58,660 nucleotides of DNA from an uncultured Candidatus Poseidoniales archaeon. GTDB lineage: Archaea > Thermoplasmatota > Poseidoniia > Poseidoniales > Poseidoniaceae. The notes below the pieces were generated by a model. It searched no databases and was not told the DNA's origin. It saw only the letters and a list, made by a program, of their open reading frames with translations. The stretch lies in the NCBI GenBank assembly GCA_964014545.1, contig CAXGZX010000004.1:1-58660 (forward strand). Direction: 5' to 3'. Shown here one piece after another: positions 57,220-58,660 of this stretch; position 1 is the stretch's first letter, and each line of letters opens with the position of its first letter. The position numbers and the translations under genes are program-made.

Positions 57220-58347
57220 ATGAGCGAGCCGTCCGCTGAGTCAGGTGTGGCTAAGGACAAAGATGGTATCCCGTTTAAATTACGAGATGTTACCTTGAGC
57301 CGTCAGGCTAGTAATATTCATCCAATATTTGGTAAAATAGACGAAATTCGCAAGCAATGCAAGTTTATGATTATGCTTGCAGCTAGTAGTTGGAAGCGAG
57401 AATACTACCTAATGGCAGGATTTGGAATCATAGCATTTGTACTGGGCTCTCTTTCTACTGATGTACTCTCTGGAGGAGATACGAGTATCAGAGGAATGGA
57501 TGGTTTGTTTGGCATAGGCTCGTTTTCGTTCTTCCAGATGTTACTTTCTATTGCTGCATGGATAGTCTTCATGTACTTTGTCTGGGTTGAATTTCCAGTT
57601 ATGCGCATTCACTCAATTACTCTAATGCTATTGTGGAATGGTATGATATTAGCTAACGTATTCTTTCATCAAAAAAATCAAAATTTCCCCGAGGGATCAT
57701 CGCTATCTGACATGATGTATGGAACATTGATAATGCTTGTAGTGGTCTTTTTCTCATACTTCTTCTGGAAAGCAGTAACTGACACAAGAGACTTGTACGT
57801 GCAAATACATCATGTCCATGAAGATGTTAGAGTAATGGAACAAAACATGTATGAGTACTCCCTAAATGGATGGGGAACGGTACTTCTTGGATGGTTTTCT
57901 GCGGCATTTATCTCCGCATGGAGTGGGGTTAATTTCATTGCCACAAGAAATAATGATGACTATTTTGCCTTATTCCTTCACATCACTTCTGGTATTTTGG
58001 TAATTCCATTATTCCTTGGACTTATCTGGTATCCTCAAAGAATGTTGGGGATTACTACCAAAATTAGTACCTCTGCTGCATTAACTGCCGAAATAGAAAT
58101 GCAGCAAGGTCAGTTGAATCTGGCTGCTGATGCCAAATGTCCTGAGTGCTCTGCTGCAGTAGAAGTTTCGCTTCAACTGGATGGCCAAATCGCTGTACCA
58201 TGTAAAAACCCTGCCTGTGAAACCTTTGGGGTAATTGGTTCGGTATGCCTAACTTGTGGCGACGAACATCCTTCAAGATTCAATTGTCAGTCTTGTAACA
58301 CCAACATTCCATATGTTGATACTATACCTGATACGGAGGCATGGTGA
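57220..58347 (+). CDS. polytopic membrane protein with C-terminal multi-Cys zinc-ribbon region
   Basis: About six TM segments followed by CPEC, CKNPAC, CLTC and CQSC; ATG 57220. Confidence 0.8.
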   Translation: MSEPSAESGVAKDKDGIPFKLRDVTLSRQASNIHPIFGKIDEIRKQCKFMIMLAASSWKREYYLMAGFGIIAFVLGSLSTDVLSGGDTSIRGMDGLFGIGSFSFFQMLLSIAAWIVFMYFVWVEFPVMRIHSITLMLLWNGMILANVFFHQKNQNFPEGSSLSDMMYGTLIMLVVVFFSYFFWKAVTDTRDLYVQIHHVHEDVRVMEQNMYEYSLNGWGTVLLGWFSAAFISAWSGVNFIATRNNDDYFALFLHITSGILVIPLFLGLIWYPQRMLGITTKISTSAALTAEIEMQQGQLNLAADAKCPECSAAVEVSLQLDGQIAVPCKNPACETFGVIGSVCLTCGDEHPSRFNCQSCNTNIPYVDTIPDTEAW

Positions 58348-58660
58348 TGGACTACTCACACCTAAGAGAAGACTTCCCCACACTTCGTCAAGAAGACGCA
58401 CCAGCTTACTTGGACAATGCTTGTGTAACATTGAAACCGGATTCTGTGATAAAATCAATTAGTGACTATTACAGCATGTACCCAGGTTGCGGTGGACGTT
58501 CTGTTCACCGTTATGGTACACAGGTATCCAGATTGGTTTCTAACTCAAGAAAGGTAATTGCGGATTTTATCAATGCTAAATCAGTTAATGAAGTAGTTTT
58601 TAGCCGGAATACTACGCACTCGATTAATCAGATTGCTAAAGGCATATCTTGGCAAGAAGG
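58347..58660 (+). CDS. sufS: cysteine desulfurase (SufS-like, class V PLP enzyme), 3' truncated by the window edge; not in ORF track
   Basis: GGAGG then TGATG overlap; MDYSHLREDFPTL...AYLDNACVTLKP..VI..I.DYY......GRSVH...R..IADFINA...EVVF.RNTT.SIN. Confidence 0.88.
   Translation, partial: MDYSHLREDFPTLRQEDAPAYLDNACVTLKPDSVIKSISDYYSMYPGCGGRSVHRYGTQVSRLVSNSRKVIADFINAKSVNEVVFSRNTTHSINQIAKGISWQE

Noticed and set aside
1449-58462. Numerous 60-160 aa antisense or alternate-frame ORFs inside long genes (e.g. 23700..24155, 37937..38422, 21546..21980, 58256..58462)
   Set aside because: Shadow ORFs of well-supported genes, with no motifs or SD signals

Overview
Gene-dense, AT-rich core chromosome of an archaeon. 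The archaeal EndA, archease, RtcB, AlaRS, ValRS, GlyA and 7S SRP RNA, together with bacterial-type metabolic genes (pnt, mqnC, class 2 pyrD, topB, pepP), secreted DxDxDG/PKD/M6 proteins and a 'GLPxGWTMEQW' tail, suggest Marine Group II (Ca. Poseidoniales); this placement is an inference. I find about 47 CDS, two of which are missing from the ORF track (a 57-aa membrane peptide at 525..698 and a partial sufS at the right edge). There is also an SRP RNA and a convergent tRNA-Thr(GGT)/tRNA-Ser(GGA) pair. I saw no CRISPR array, integrase, transposase or recognisable defence system. The best candidates for undescribed biology are: (1) a locus where endA diverges from an operon encoding a wHTH-TerB-repeat protein, an apparently catalytically degenerate HldE-like kinase and archease, ending flush against the SRP RNA gene, with inverted repeats in the shared promoter region; (2) a 1071-aa Ca-binding-repeat surface protein with an embedded lipoyl/biotinyl-like domain; (3) a Reeler-like protein with a contracted CxCH motif followed by a TatC-like protein fused to an HdrA-N-like Cys domain; (4) an EF-hand-bearing TPR protein coupled to a TrmB-V4R regulator upstream of iscA-ygfZ; (5) probable CTG start codons for tatC and ccmE. 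All domain calls were made by eye from motifs and need HMM or structure confirmation.
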